Origin: a virus
Lineage: Duplodnaviria > Caudoviricetes
Reading direction: 5' to 3' (one strand)
Virus record (IMG/VR): IMGVR_UViG_3300028591_000087
Location: 1-64,000 of that record
Length of the DNA stretch: 64,000 bases
A program made the position numbers and the translations under genes. This document shows, piece by piece, positions 39,814 to 50,737 of the stretch. How positions within the stretch are numbered: position 1 is the stretch's first letter; each line of letters starts with the position of its first letter. Below the pieces are notes generated by a model, which saw nothing but the letters and a program-made list of their open reading frames with translations, did not search any database and was not told the origin of the DNA.

Positions 39814-40192
39814 AATCAGTCCTCCTTACACTCAGTATTATACTCCTGCTTGACTCGTCTGTCAAGTTTTTTGCGCTCGCTCCGCAGGATTTTTTTCTTG
39901 AGCTTGCGGTTTGCTCTTGAATCTTGATTGATGATTCCACGACAACCGGGGTTCAAATCCCAAGCAGACAGTTCAGACCCTTTCTTGTATGTACAACTCA
40001 TTTCCATACCCCTCCTTTGTGTAATTATAATATCATAATTTTAGGATTTTGTCAACAGGATCACACATGTGACTTTTGGTTGCGAAAATTACCAGATCCT
40101 ACAAAGATCCTAAACACCGTTCGCTTGCGGCCAGAATGACCGCAAGCGAACGGCTCAGCTGTTTAGCTGAGCCGTTCGGGGTTGGGGTGGGA

Positions 40193-40597
40193 TCACACAG
40201 TGATCTCACCCGGCAGGGCTTCCACCCCATGATCCGCAAGGGCGAAGTAGGTCACCCGCTTGTCCTGCCACTTGGTCACCTGCTCGGTGTTCACAAGCTG
40301 GGTCAGCAGGGCGGAACACTTCTGACCGGAGATGCCGAGCTTTTCGGCGATCTCACCGCACTTCAGATCCGGAGTGTCGGCGAGAATTCGCAGGATCTCC
40401 GCTTTGGTGTTGCCGTTCGCCACCTGCTTGGCGGTCGGCTTGCCGGACTTGGAAGCGTTCCGCTTCTCAAGCGACTGCCCCAGGGCAATCAGCTTTTCAG
40501 CAACCGCAACCTTTTCGGCTTCGGTCAGGGTCTCGCCGTTGATAGCACGCAGGGCGAAGTTGATGGCGTTCACGTAAGTCAGTTTTTCCATGGTCAT
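40193..40597 (-). CDS. Winged-HTH protein, paralog family member 5
   Basis: KPTAKQVAN..GEIAEKLGISGQKCSALL. Confidence 0.78.
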   Translation of the reverse strand: MTMEKLTYVNAINFALRAINGETLTEAEKVAVAEKLIALGQSLEKRNASKSGKPTAKQVANGNTKAEILRILADTPDLKCGEIAEKLGISGQKCSALLTQLVNTEQVTKWQDKRVTYFALADHGVEALPGEITV

Positions 40598-40968
40598 TAC
40601 CTCTTTCTCTGTTTGTGGGGTTTATCAGCTCCCCTTTGATGTATTAAGTGTATCATACCTTGGGCTATTTGTCAAGGGGTTTTGAAATCTTTTTGAAAAA
40701 TTTCTCGGGCTCTTGACTGGTTCTTGTGGAGCAGGAGTGTGCCCTCTCTCCCCTTGACATCGCCCGCCCCTCCACTGAGGGGCTGTCCTTTTGACACCAT
40801 TATAATACCAAAAACGGGAAAAGAAGTCAATTACAAAATTTTGAACAATTTGTTACGAAAATGTTAAATCGTCTCTCCGATCCAAAATTCTGGTCTTTTA
40901 CGGTCACGCAGCGGCCGTAAAAGACCAGCCGAGTTCTTCGGCTGGTCTGTGCGGGGTGTCCCCCGGGC

Positions 40969-41316
40969 TTACGCCCGGGAGAACTTGTTGACCCGCTTCA
41001 CCGGGGTCTTGACTGCCCTGCCCTCATCCACAAGGGCATTGACCAGGGCACTCACCTTCTGATTGGACAGGACGGACAGCTCCGGGTCCCGACCCATCAG
41101 TTCGGTGACCGTGGCGGGTTCAGAGGTCAGGACTTCCAGAACCCGAGCCTTCAAGCCCTCATTAGCCACCTGCTTGGCGGTGGGCTTGCGGTCAGCGGAG
41201 TTCCGCTTCTCGGTCTGCGCCTTGAGAGCGGTCAGCTTTTCGGCAACATCAGCGGGCAGGTCGGTCACGTTTTCCAGAACATAGGACAGAGCAGAAACAT
41301 AAGTCATCTTGGTCAT
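40969..41316 (-). CDS. Winged-HTH protein, paralog family member 6 (close to 36295-36648)
   Basis: MGRDP.LSVLSNQKVSALVNALVDEGRA. Confidence 0.8.
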   Translation of the reverse strand: MTKMTYVSALSYVLENVTDLPADVAEKLTALKAQTEKRNSADRKPTAKQVANEGLKARVLEVLTSEPATVTELMGRDPELSVLSNQKVSALVNALVDEGRAVKTPVKRVNKFSRA

Positions 41317-41831
41317 GGTATCAACCCTTTCTCCGTTTGTGAGGTTCGGCTCCTCTTGATTACGTGGTTATTATACCACAGGTTGTGGGGCTTGTCAACC
41401 CCTTTTTTCGGATCCCGGGCGATTAGCCTTGGCCTTCGGCTTTTGGTGCGCTACTCCATCGCCCGGGCGCCTTCCTCAGGGGAGCGCTCCCCTTTCGGTG
41501 AGATTATAATACCATAATTATGTTACAGATCAATAACAGAAGTATCACATTTAGGACATAACTTTATGAACTTTTTGTAACAATTTTGGATCCAAAAACC
41601 TGTAGACCTACCCCTAACGCAAATCCCGATCTTTCACGACTGCATAGCGGCCGTGAAAGATCGGCTCAGAAAAAGGCTCGCCTAATGGCGAGCCAAAGCC
41701 TTGTCAATCTGATTGCAAATCATCGGACCGAACAGATAGGTCAGCGCTGGCACCGCCCCGCACCAAATCCAGATTTCCGCAATTTGCAGTGACCATTTAT
41801 ACAGACCATACAGCGCAGGAAACATCATTTT

Positions 41832-42173
41832 TTATCCCTCCATTTCTTTCAGTTGATCCCGGGCATCGTCCAGTTCCTTCACCAGTTTGTCGATCCGGTT
41901 TTTCAGATTCTTGATTTTTTCTTTCTTGCGCTTGACCAGTTCCGGGTTTACCCGTTCTTTGACCATGTCGCAAATGGTGTCATACTCAGCTTCGTTGTAG
42001 TCGGTTTCCATTTCTGAGATCATACAGGCGGACAGGACGTATTCATCGAAGCTTTCAATGATGTCGCTGTCGTTCGGCAGTTCTTCCAGATCCGTACAGT
42101 AGGAATCAAGAAAGTCCTCAATCTGCCGATCATTTACTGCATAGGTGTTCAGATACGTGACATTCAGTGCCAT
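41832..42173 (-). CDS. Hypothetical protein
   Basis: RBS; coiled-coil C-terminus. Confidence 0.6.
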   Translation of the reverse strand: MALNVTYLNTYAVNDRQIEDFLDSYCTDLEELPNDSDIIESFDEYVLSACMISEMETDYNEAEYDTICDMVKERVNPELVKRKKEKIKNLKNRIDKLVKELDDARDQLKEMEG

Positions 42174-42607
42174 AGGGTTTACCTTCCTTTCTTTTGATAA
42201 CACAGGGTTGCCCTGTTTCAGCGAGGACAGGGTTTGATTGATTTACCTCGCCCCTGTGTGATTATCTTACCATACTTTCGACCGCTTGTCAAGCCTTATG
42301 CGAAAGATTTTGCAAAGCGGTTCAGACGCCGGCGGTCAATCCGATCCATGCGCTTGCGGAGCTTGCGGGAGTTGGTGTGCCGGGTCAGGTTGGTGGAAGC
42401 GGGCTTGCAAGCGCCCTTCGTGGTGGTGCGAGTCATTCGGATCAGCTCCTTTCTCTCTGTGACTATACTATACCAGATACAGGATCATTTGTCAAGCCCT
42501 TTTATGCCCTATTTTCGCTGTTTTTCTGCTGAAATCTCTTAAAATCTCTAAATTCCGAGCGTTTGCGGCCACGCAGCGACCGCAAACGCTCGGCTCAGAG
42601 GTTTGGC

Positions 42608-43135
42608 TCACCGCCAAACCTCATCCTCGCCGGCATCCCAGGCGTAGTCAATCACGCATACCTTGCCATTGCGGTATCCCACATTGGAACTGTGCAGGTC
42701 ATTGACATTGTACCAGAGCCATTTCCGTTCCTCGTCGGTGCAGTAGTTATCCCAACTCCGGCTCTCATCACCAACGTGGTCTACCCGGGGCATGATAGAG
42801 AACTTGATGCCGTTATATTCACCCTGAGTCACTTTCGCCAACAGGTGAGCCATACCTTCGGCTTCGGCTCTTGCATACACACGGGCTTCAGATTCATTGT
42901 TACCCGCCTGACCGTCCGACCATGCGCCTTCGGGCATCATGTCGAACTTGATAACGTAGTCGGCACGGATCACGGCGAAGCGGGACACGCCATGGGCAGT
43001 GCGGAGTTTCAAAATGTGATAGGTGTTATAGTAGTCAACAGCATACTGGAAGTCGTCAAGAGTCACGCAACCATAGAACAGGGTTGCAAGCCGATGGGCG
43101 AACCGGAGGGCGCGAGCTTCGTAAGTGGTGGTCAT
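42608..43135 (-). CDS. Protein-kinase-like fold protein
   Basis: YVIKF...E...DLHSSNVG...VIDY. Confidence 0.65.
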   Translation of the reverse strand: MTTTYEARALRFAHRLATLFYGCVTLDDFQYAVDYYNTYHILKLRTAHGVSRFAVIRADYVIKFDMMPEGAWSDGQAGNNESEARVYARAEAEGMAHLLAKVTQGEYNGIKFSIMPRVDHVGDESRSWDNYCTDEERKWLWYNVNDLHSSNVGYRNGKVCVIDYAWDAGEDEVWR

Positions 43136-43550
43136 TGGATCAACTCCTCTCTGTGACTATACTATACCACATACGGGCGTAGCTGTCAAGTGGTTTTTAC
43201 GCTAATTTTCAAAACTTTTTTTCTGGATCCCTGTGGTAGCGTGAAAACGGGTCATTCGCGGTCACTGGTGACCGCGAATGACCCGCCAAATGAAAAAGCG
43301 GGGCATCAGCCCCGCATCAGATTGTACAGTTCCCGCTCGACAAGCCAGGTTTCCCGGTCGAGTTCCTCGGTGCGAACTCGTGAGTCAACCCGCCCTTCAG
43401 AGTCCCAAGTTCCGTGCGGGTTCATGTCGGTGCGGTAGTAGTGGGTTGTCCGGGTCTCGATTTCGGTGACGGTGGTGAAGATGATTTCAGGCATTGCGTT
43501 TCGCTCCTCTCTTGATCTTGTCATTATTATACCAGACCCGGAGGGGATTG

Positions 43551-43994
43551 TCAATCCCTTCCGAAAAAATCCCTTTCAAACGCTTTTGCTTGTTTCCGGT
43601 GGTCGGGATCCATCAGCCAACAGATTGCCCAACAGGTAGCGAGCATTTCATAGGGAATCAGCTGATAGGCGTACTGGTCAGAACCGGCTTTGGCGACTTG
43701 TTCGGCGTAGACAGTGCCGTTAAAGTTGTCCCGGGTGGCGAAGTGTCCGCACTCATGCAGGATGCTGATAGTCACATCAGCGAAGCCCCGGGCGAGAGGA
43801 CAACGGGCAACGAAGTCAGCGCGGAAGATGTGGTCAGTGTCCTTTTTGGCGAACAGATCAGCAGGCACGGACAGGCGCATAGTGTCCTCTTCAGACTCAA
43901 CAGCCCAATCATCACGCTTACGCGGGATCACGGGGCGAACACCTGTCACCAGTTCCACGAAGTTACGGATTGCAGTCAGCTGAGTCATCATCAA
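43551..43994 (-). CDS. HExxH zincin-like protein
   Basis: ILHECGH...E.LAT.WA. Confidence 0.62.
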   Translation of the reverse strand: MMMTQLTAIRNFVELVTGVRPVIPRKRDDWAVESEEDTMRLSVPADLFAKKDTDHIFRADFVARCPLARGFADVTISILHECGHFATRDNFNGTVYAEQVAKAGSDQYAYQLIPYEMLATCWAICWLMDPDHRKQAKAFERDFFGRD

Positions 43995-44039
43995 GCACCT
44001 TCCTTTCTACAAGTATTATACCAAATGACGGATCAGCCG

Positions 44040-44450
44040 TCAAGTATTTTTTGAGTAAAAGCACCATTTTTCAGAAAAGATGTATTCAAGCTGAAAGCCC
44101 AGTTTTTCAAGAGTGTGGCGCATTGCCCCATTATCAACCCACGGAGTGCAACCGACTTTTTCCCCGGGAACTTGCGCCGAAACATACTTGAGCATTTCTT
44201 GGGCGTATCCTTTGCCCTGATTCCTTTTGTTGGGAACGCAAAGCCGTTTCATTGCCCAATAATTGTTGGAATCGTCCCAAACAAGGGAAAGCATTGCAAC
44301 AATTTTACCCTTGTCATTTTCCATGATGTATTGTCTACCAAAAATTACATCCCAACGCACGTGCTCTGTAGTGATGTAACTAATGTGTTTATTTTGGATG
44401 CAACGCACGATCCGAGCGAAGTCAAAAGCATCAGCCTTACGAATTTCCAT
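44040..44450 (-). CDS. GNAT acetyltransferase
   Basis: LCV...QGKGYA...N.AM...EKLGF. Confidence 0.8.
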   Translation of the reverse strand: MEIRKADAFDFARIVRCIQNKHISYITTEHVRWDVIFGRQYIMENDKGKIVAMLSLVWDDSNNYWAMKRLCVPNKRNQGKGYAQEMLKYVSAQVPGEKVGCTPWVDNGAMRHTLEKLGFQLEYIFSEKWCFYSKNT

Positions 44451-44608
44451 GGTTCCCACCTCCACGGATAGTGTATCACAAACGGGATCAGCTGTCAAGC
44501 ACTTTTTTTATGCAATTCGCATGAATAATTATGCAATCCCTCAGCTGATCTAAACTCTGGGCGCTGACTGCTGCAAAGCGGCCGTCAGCGCCCAGCCAAA
44601 ATGGTCGG

Positions 44609-44845
44609 TTAAAAACACCGACCATTTATAACGCACTGATTTGCAAAGGAGCTATGCCTATGCTGAGCGCAAACTTTGATGGCTTCCCAAGTAGGCTGTA
44701 AGCGTACAACATCAACCAAGGTATCGCCATCCTTTACGCCCCATGCCACAGCTTTACCAAGGGCACGATTGCCCCATAGGTATTCGTAATGCCGGTACAG
44801 CTCAAAGCCGTCATCAGCTTCCCAAGTGATCCGATAGAGTTTCAT
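44609..44845 (-). CDS. Hypothetical protein
   Basis: Own promoter and AGGAGG RBS. Confidence 0.6.
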   Translation of the reverse strand: MKLYRITWEADDGFELYRHYEYLWGNRALGKAVAWGVKDGDTLVDVVRLQPTWEAIKVCAQHRHSSFANQCVINGRCF

Positions 44846-44917
44846 CAGTCATTTCCTCCTAATCTCTTGATCTGTAAGTATTATATCAAATCATTGTCTG
44901 ATTGTCAACAACTTTTT

Positions 44918-45226
44918 TCAGCAGTAGGCAAGCGCCATATCCCGCCACCGCAGAACGCTGATCTGATTGCAAGCGCGGCCAACTTCCATCGCTTCGCGTT
45001 TGGTGTTGACGCGGTGGCTCTTGTCGATGTAGTAGATCCCGCCCGCGTACCAGATCCCGCAGTTGCCATCATAAGCCTTGACAGCTTCAATGGCTTCCCG
45101 CGCCGTATGGCACTCAACACCTTCAGTTGCGACTTGCCATCCGGTCTTATAGGTGATTTTGCGTCCAGCTTTCAGGGTGAGGCCATCGTTTTCGCTCAGC
45201 TTCGTAATGCTCCGGATGTTGATCAT
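44918..45226 (-). CDS. Hypothetical protein
   Basis: Own promoter and AGGAGG RBS. Confidence 0.7.
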   Translation of the reverse strand: MINIRSITKLSENDGLTLKAGRKITYKTGWQVATEGVECHTAREAIEAVKAYDGNCGIWYAGGIYYIDKSHRVNTKREAMEVGRACNQISVLRWRDMALAYC

Positions 45227-45961
45227 GGTAGTTACCTCCTTGCTTTCCTTGACTATACTATACCAGATCCGGACATAATTGTCAAGGGTTTTTGAAAATT
45301 ATTTTTCAAGCCTTGATTTCGTTTACTGCCTTGCTAAAGCTGATAAACAGGTCGGTTTCCCAAAAGACTTTGAACCCCATCAGCACATATTGACGCTTCA
45401 TGCACTCAAACATTTCAGCGGAGAACACGCAGTGCTGACCATTGCTGATGGTTTCATAACCGCCGTTGACCTTGAAGAAGCTGTAGCTTTTGATTTCGTA
45501 CTTCATGGGGTTGACCTCCTGTCTCTTACTGTAGTAAGTATAGCACATTAGGGACAGCTTGTCAACCACTTTGAGCACATTTTTCTAAAACTTTTTTTTC
45601 CTGATCCCACACACAAGCCAAACACTGGCCTTTGACGACTGCGCAGCGGCCGTCAAAGGCCAGCCAAAAAGAAACCCTCCCGCCGAGAGGAGGAGGAAAA
45701 GCGGGAGGGGGCTACGTCAATTTTTGGGGGGATCAGCCCTCAACCCGGAGGGCGATCCCGCCGATCTCCCGAGCCTGCGCCCGGGCTTCATCTTCGGTGT
45801 ACCAAGCACCATAGAACCACAGCTCTCCTTCATAGGGGTTGGCGGTAATCCAAGCGTAATCAGTAACGTTGGCGGGCAGGTTGTTGACGGTGGCGATCAG
45901 TTTCATTCTCAGTACCTCCTGTTTCTTACTGTAGTCATTATACCAGATTGGGGAGGGGTTG

Positions 45962-46402
45962 TCAACCCCTTTCCGCAATCTTTTTCAGAATTTCCACAAT
46001 TTTTTCCGGCTCGTAAGCACCGGCTCCCCAGTTGATCCGGTTTGGTTCTTCATCGTCAAAGAGGATCCCGCCACCAGTTGCAACCCGCTTATCAGTGCCG
46101 TAGGCAACAACCTTGATTTCGTTCCAAGTGACCGACCGGAAGTGTTCTCCGAGCCAAGCCTTTTTGGCTTCGGCAACCCGCTCGTTGTATTCGGCAGTTC
46201 CGGTTTTAGCCGTCCAAGAGATGATTCCGATCTCATGCCCGCAAGCCTGAACCTTATTCAGGTACCGAGCAATCAAGGACAGGTTTCCGATCCCTTTGGC
46301 TTCGGTGTAGGGGCGAGTGTCCATAGCCCGCAGGGCAGGAAGCCAATCAGCTACTCCGTAGAGGTCGGCGATTGTGCCGTCCATGTCAAACCAGATCTTC
46401 AT
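45962..46402 (-). CDS. HAD-family nucleotidase-like protein (paralog of 38511-38948)
   Basis: FDMDGT, ATGGGILFDDEEPNR. Confidence 0.8.
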   Translation of the reverse strand: MKIWFDMDGTIADLYGVADWLPALRAMDTRPYTEAKGIGNLSLIARYLNKVQACGHEIGIISWTAKTGTAEYNERVAEAKKAWLGEHFRSVTWNEIKVVAYGTDKRVATGGGILFDDEEPNRINWGAGAYEPEKIVEILKKIAERG

Positions 46403-47102
46403 CAGTGGGTCACCTTCCTTTCCGTGTCTATAATATACCATAGGTCAACCCATTTTGCAAGGGGTTGTGAGCAGGTTTAAGAATTTTGTAACAATTGTTA
46501 ACAAAGTTGTAACATTTGGGATCCGATAGATTTTTACAATTTGGCGGCCTCTCAAGATGTAAAATCTGGTCAATGGCTGATAGCGCAAACTCGGTTCGTG
46601 CGCTGGCAAGGCGCCCGCGCACGAACCGCCAAAAAGAAAAGGGCGGGATCACCGGGCAAACCCGTAGTGATCCCGCACCCACCAGGTCTCTCCGGTGGCG
46701 ATCATCATCGCCAAGCAGTATAGCTCGGCGTCCTCATAAGAGTCGAAGCAGATGCTTCCGGTGATGAAGCCCCGATCTACTGTGTACCAAACGCTGAAGT
46801 TCATTGCTGTTACCTCCCTCTCTTGATGGCTTTATTATACCAGATCCCGGATCATTTGTCAACACTTTTTTTCACAACATTTTTCAACAAGTTGCTTTCT
46901 AAAGTGTCGTTAAACATCATAAACTTGACCATTTTCAGATGGTCTGTCATCGGGCAATTCGGATATTTTTTCATCATAGTATCAAAATACATTTTGATTT
47001 CTTCCTCTGTATACATCATCGTTCGTTCCTCCCTTTCTCCATTTCGATGATTATATATTAGCACATCTTTTCCGGATTGTCAACACTTTTTGCGGAACTG
47101 GA

Positions 47103-47234
47103 TCAGTGTTTGCTGATCCAGTTTTCCGCACCCGTGCGGGACTTGAAGGTTTTCACCAACACTTCCCGCCACTCCGTGCAGGCATACACGCCATAGCGTC
47201 CGCCCGCCAGTTCACGTACCTTGTAGCTCGTCAT
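47103..47234 (-). CDS. 43-aa protein, duplicate copy 1
   Basis: MTSYKVRELAGGRYGVYACTEWREVLVKTFKSRTGAENWISKH. Confidence 0.65.
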   Translation of the reverse strand: MTSYKVRELAGGRYGVYACTEWREVLVKTFKSRTGAENWISKH

Positions 47235-47318
47235 TGTTTCTTACCTCCCTCTCTTGATGGCTTAATTATACCAGATGTACCCGCATCCGTCAAGCACTTT
47301 TTTGTCGATTTTAGAATT

Positions 47319-47458
47319 TTGTAACAATTTTAACATTTTTGTAACAATTGATTTTTTTAGTAAAATTTACAGTTACATCAGCTTAGTTACATGGTTACAT
47401 CAGTTTAGTTACATGCGGGATCCGGGATGTAACTGTTACATGGCGGCCATGTAACTGA
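47319..47458. repeat. GTTACA/TGTAAC box cluster
   Basis: About 9 boxes; similar clusters at 46486-46515, 48293-48425 and 49853-49981. Confidence 0.75.
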
Positions 47459-47551
47459 AAATTTTACACGACTGCCCACTTACATAAACTCGGTGCGCTG
47501 TCGGCCGCAATGACCGACAGCGCACCGCCGATCAAAAGGAAAAGACCCGGA

Positions 47552-47683
47552 TCAGTGCTTGCTGACCCAGGTCTCAGCCCCGGTGCGGGTCTTAAAGGTC
47601 TTGATGAGGACCTCGCGCCACTCCGTGCACGCATACACTCCGAACCGTCCACCCGCGATCTCCCGAACCTTGTAGCTAGCCAT
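47552..47683 (-). CDS. 43-aa protein, duplicate copy 2
   Basis: MASYKVREIAGGRFGVYACTEWREVLIKTFKTRTGAETWVSKH. Confidence 0.65.
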   Translation of the reverse strand: MASYKVREIAGGRFGVYACTEWREVLIKTFKTRTGAETWVSKH

Positions 47684-47790
47684 CTTAGTTACCTCCTGTT
47701 TCTTACTGTAGTCATTATACCAGATGCCCTTTTGTTTGTCAACCCTTTTTTTGAAAACTTTTTTAATTTTTTTTCGCCGTTCGGTGCGGA

Positions 47791-48192
47791 TCAGATCCGC
47801 ACCGCTTCGCCCTTCGTGGTCAAGGTGATGGCTTCGTAACCTGCCTTGATCCATTGCCGGGTGTTGGCTGTATCATCATCAATCAGGATTCCGGCTTCGC
47901 GGATGTTGTCAACCTTGCGACCCTTGTTGATAATGATGATGTGCGCTTCGTCCATTTCCGGAACAAACTTTGCGAGCCATTCAACCTTGCCCTGCGCGCC
48001 ATCGGCGTTGGCGGCCTTCGTGAGGATGTAGCAGGTGTGACCGTCACGGATCAGCTTGCGGAGAGTGTTGACGTTGTCCACGAATGGCTCAAGGTTCGCC
48101 ATGGCTTCGCGCTTGAGAGCGACAGCGTGGTCATTCGCGTATGCCTTGTGGAAGTTCGTGAGCACTCCGTCCATGTCCCAGTAGTAAGTCAT
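47791..48192 (-). CDS. HAD-family 5'(3')-nucleotidase-like protein
   Basis: WDMDGV, K..WL, ILIDD. Confidence 0.78.
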   Translation of the reverse strand: MTYYWDMDGVLTNFHKAYANDHAVALKREAMANLEPFVDNVNTLRKLIRDGHTCYILTKAANADGAQGKVEWLAKFVPEMDEAHIIIINKGRKVDNIREAGILIDDDTANTRQWIKAGYEAITLTTKGEAVRI

Positions 48193-48794
48193 CGTGGCGT
48201 CCTCCTCTCTTGATCTGATAAGAGTATACCACAAAAAGGGTCACATTGCAAGCCCTTTTGCTAAAAAAATAATATTTTTTTTCTATTAAGTTTTGTTAAC
48301 AAAGCTGTAACAATTGAGCAGTTGTGCTAATTGCACAGTTACATCACAGCTGTAGTATAGTTACATGTGGGATCAGCTGTGTAACTGTTTAGCTGTGGTC
48401 ATGTAACTGTAAAAAGTGTGTAACTACTCATTAGCGCGAATACGGCTCTCGCACTGCCAGAATGGCCGTGCGCGAGCCGCCAATAAAAAAAGGGCTTTCG
48501 CCCTTGGTGTCACAGGTAGATCTCTTTACCTTCGCACCGGATGATGTAGCTCTCTTCGCAGGTGGCGCGAGCTTCGAACTCTTCCACCCAAGAGGTCAGC
48601 TCCTCGATGCTCGTGGTGGTGAATTCCAGTTCGGTAGGCTTCATTCCTTCGTAGTTGGTGTAGATCTCGTAAGTCTTCATTGGTTTGTCCTCCTCTTAGT
48701 TAGTGTCCCTCTTGACACTGTTAGTATAACACATTGGCCCCTTAATGTCAACACTTTTTGCAAATTTTTTTATATTTTTTTCGCTGGGCTGGGA

Positions 48795-49151
48795 TCACCA
48801 TTCCCAGCCCATCCAGTCAGCTACACCCGCCGGCGTCAGTTCTCCCATCAAGCGCACATCCATGACCTCATCTTCTTCTTCTCTCTCCCCGCTGAGGTCA
48901 AGCATTGTCAGCCGGGCAAGGTCACCAATGTGCCAGTACTCGCCGTTTCCATTATCTTCGAACCATGCCCACATCTCGCCATCAGCATCAACAGCTGTCA
49001 CTTCCCAACAGCCGGGGAAGGCAATCCGCATCTCAGTGACTACTGCGTCAATCTCATAGGTTTTACTCTCAGCTGATGCAGGGATGGCGCAGGCGCAAGC
49101 GATGATGATGGCGCAGGTGATGGCGGTGGCGATAACAATCAGTTTCTTCAT
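48795..49151 (-). CDS. Secreted or membrane-anchored small protein
   Basis: N-terminal signal peptide. Confidence 0.65.
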   Translation of the reverse strand: MKKLIVIATAITCAIIIACACAIPASAESKTYEIDAVVTEMRIAFPGCWEVTAVDADGEMWAWFEDNGNGEYWHIGDLARLTMLDLSGEREEEDEVMDVRLMGELTPAGVADWMGWEW

Positions 49152-50179
49152 GGTGGTTGTCCCCTTTCTTTTGATGGCTTATTATAGCACACTTTTTCTG
49201 ATCCTGTCAAGCTCTTTTCTGAGCTGATGAGGATTAATCATCCTCATCAGCTTCGACTGCCTTGATGCCCCAGTCAGCGACGTGATAGACCATCCTGCCA
49301 TACTCTTTGGCTTTCTCAGCCCGTTCGTATTTGGTGTTGATCCGATCAGCGTAAGCCCGGGCTTTCTCTTCAGTGGTGAAGTAGTGGGGCTCAGTAGCGT
49401 CATTTTCGAAGCGGTTCATCACGTTCACGATCCAGATCTTAGTCATTGTTTTCTTCCTCCTCTTATTTGGTGTCCCTCTTGACACTGTTAGTATACTACA
49501 TTAGGCTGTTATTGTCAAGCCTTTTTGAAACTTTTTTCAAAGTTTTTTTAAGGCTTAGGCATCACGATACAGTTCATCGCCCAGCCAGATTTCATAGCCT
49601 TCTTCAGCATCGGCATCGTACCAGCCAGCGCCGTCGGTTTCGGCTTCGATGTAAGCAACGGCTTCAGCTTCGGTGGCGAAGATGTCAACCAGTTCGTAAG
49701 ACCCGCAGGTGGTGAAGTAGACTTCGTAGCAATCCATTGTTTTCGTCCTCCTCAGTGTTTCCTGTCCCTTTCGACATTGTTAGTATAGCACAGGTGGCCG
49801 CTAATGTCAACACTTTTTTGCAGAAAAAAAATATTTTTTTTCTGTTAAATGTTTGTAACATTTTTGTAACAATTGAGCAAGTAGCACAAATCAACAGTTA
49901 CATGGATCCAGTTACATGGTTACATGGGGCTGGTTACATGCGGGATGGGTCATGTAACCGTGTAACCGCGGTCATGTAACCGAAATTTTGCTGATTGCAA
50001 AAAATTACAAAAATACCGGGCGTGCCGTTCCTGCACGCCCGGGCGACGTTCTCTCGAACCCCAGACTACCCTGTGTATTTTTAGTCAACCTAAAAGCACC
50101 CGGGGATCTATTTCGGGAGAAAATTTTTTTAAATCTGTTATTTCCTTTTTGCCTGGACCTTTCCCACTCTAAATCTTTT

Positions 50180-50737
50180 TTAAATTTTGGAATACGGTAT
50201 AAATTTATTCCAGTCCCGCATATCGAACTGTATAAAATTTCTTACCCATAAAACAGCATCACAAATATCTTGGGCTTCCGGGTGATAGTCTGAATTCCTA
50301 AATTTTTCATATCTATTATATAAATATGCTGGCGTGTCTGCGACATGCCGTAATGCGAGCTCAACAGCTTCATTTAAATCCTTCTTTGGATCTAAATGTC
50401 CATTTATTTCGCACCAACTAGCATATTTAATTTTCCAATTCCATGGACCAAAATGATAACATGCCTTCAAATGTAATAGTGTTACATCATCCTTAACATG
50501 TTTATAGTAGAGCCATAGTCCTTTACTATAAAACATAATGCCATCAATGCCATCATAGAATATACCGCCATATTCGTCCGCATCTCCTAAATACATCAAT
50601 CTCTTAAAGTTAAATCCATAATCAATATGCGCAAGAACCTTCTTCCCAACATAAAGATTCTCCCACTGCCATTCAACATACCAAGAGACAGTCATTGCAA
50701 TGATCCCAAATACAATGCAACATAAAAAAATAATCAT
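50180..50737 (-). CDS. Membrane protein
   Basis: N-terminal hydrophobic helix; MYLGD motif shared with upstream gene. Confidence 0.65.
   Translation of the reverse strand: MIIFLCCIVFGIIAMTVSWYVEWQWENLYVGKKVLAHIDYGFNFKRLMYLGDADEYGGIFYDGIDGIMFYSKGLWLYYKHVKDDVTLLHLKACYHFGPWNWKIKYASWCEINGHLDPKKDLNEAVELALRHVADTPAYLYNRYEKFRNSDYHPEAQDICDAVLWVRNFIQFDMRDWNKFIPYSKI

Larger units (their letters stand above)
36215..48479. repeat. Dispersed family of 14 hairpins, each 37-39 nt, at gene-unit boundaries
   Basis: Starts at 36215, 36928, 38247, 39063, 40117, 40890, 41626, 42555, 43248, 44557, 45625, 46592, 47491, 48443. Confidence 0.85.

Noticed and set aside
36215-48479. CRISPR array
   Set aside because: The hairpins differ in sequence, lie about 1 kb apart with genes between them, and no cas genes were seen.
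34700-50000. Apparent GATC enrichment suggesting methylation-linked control
   Set aside because: Visual impression only; it cannot be supported without a k-mer count.
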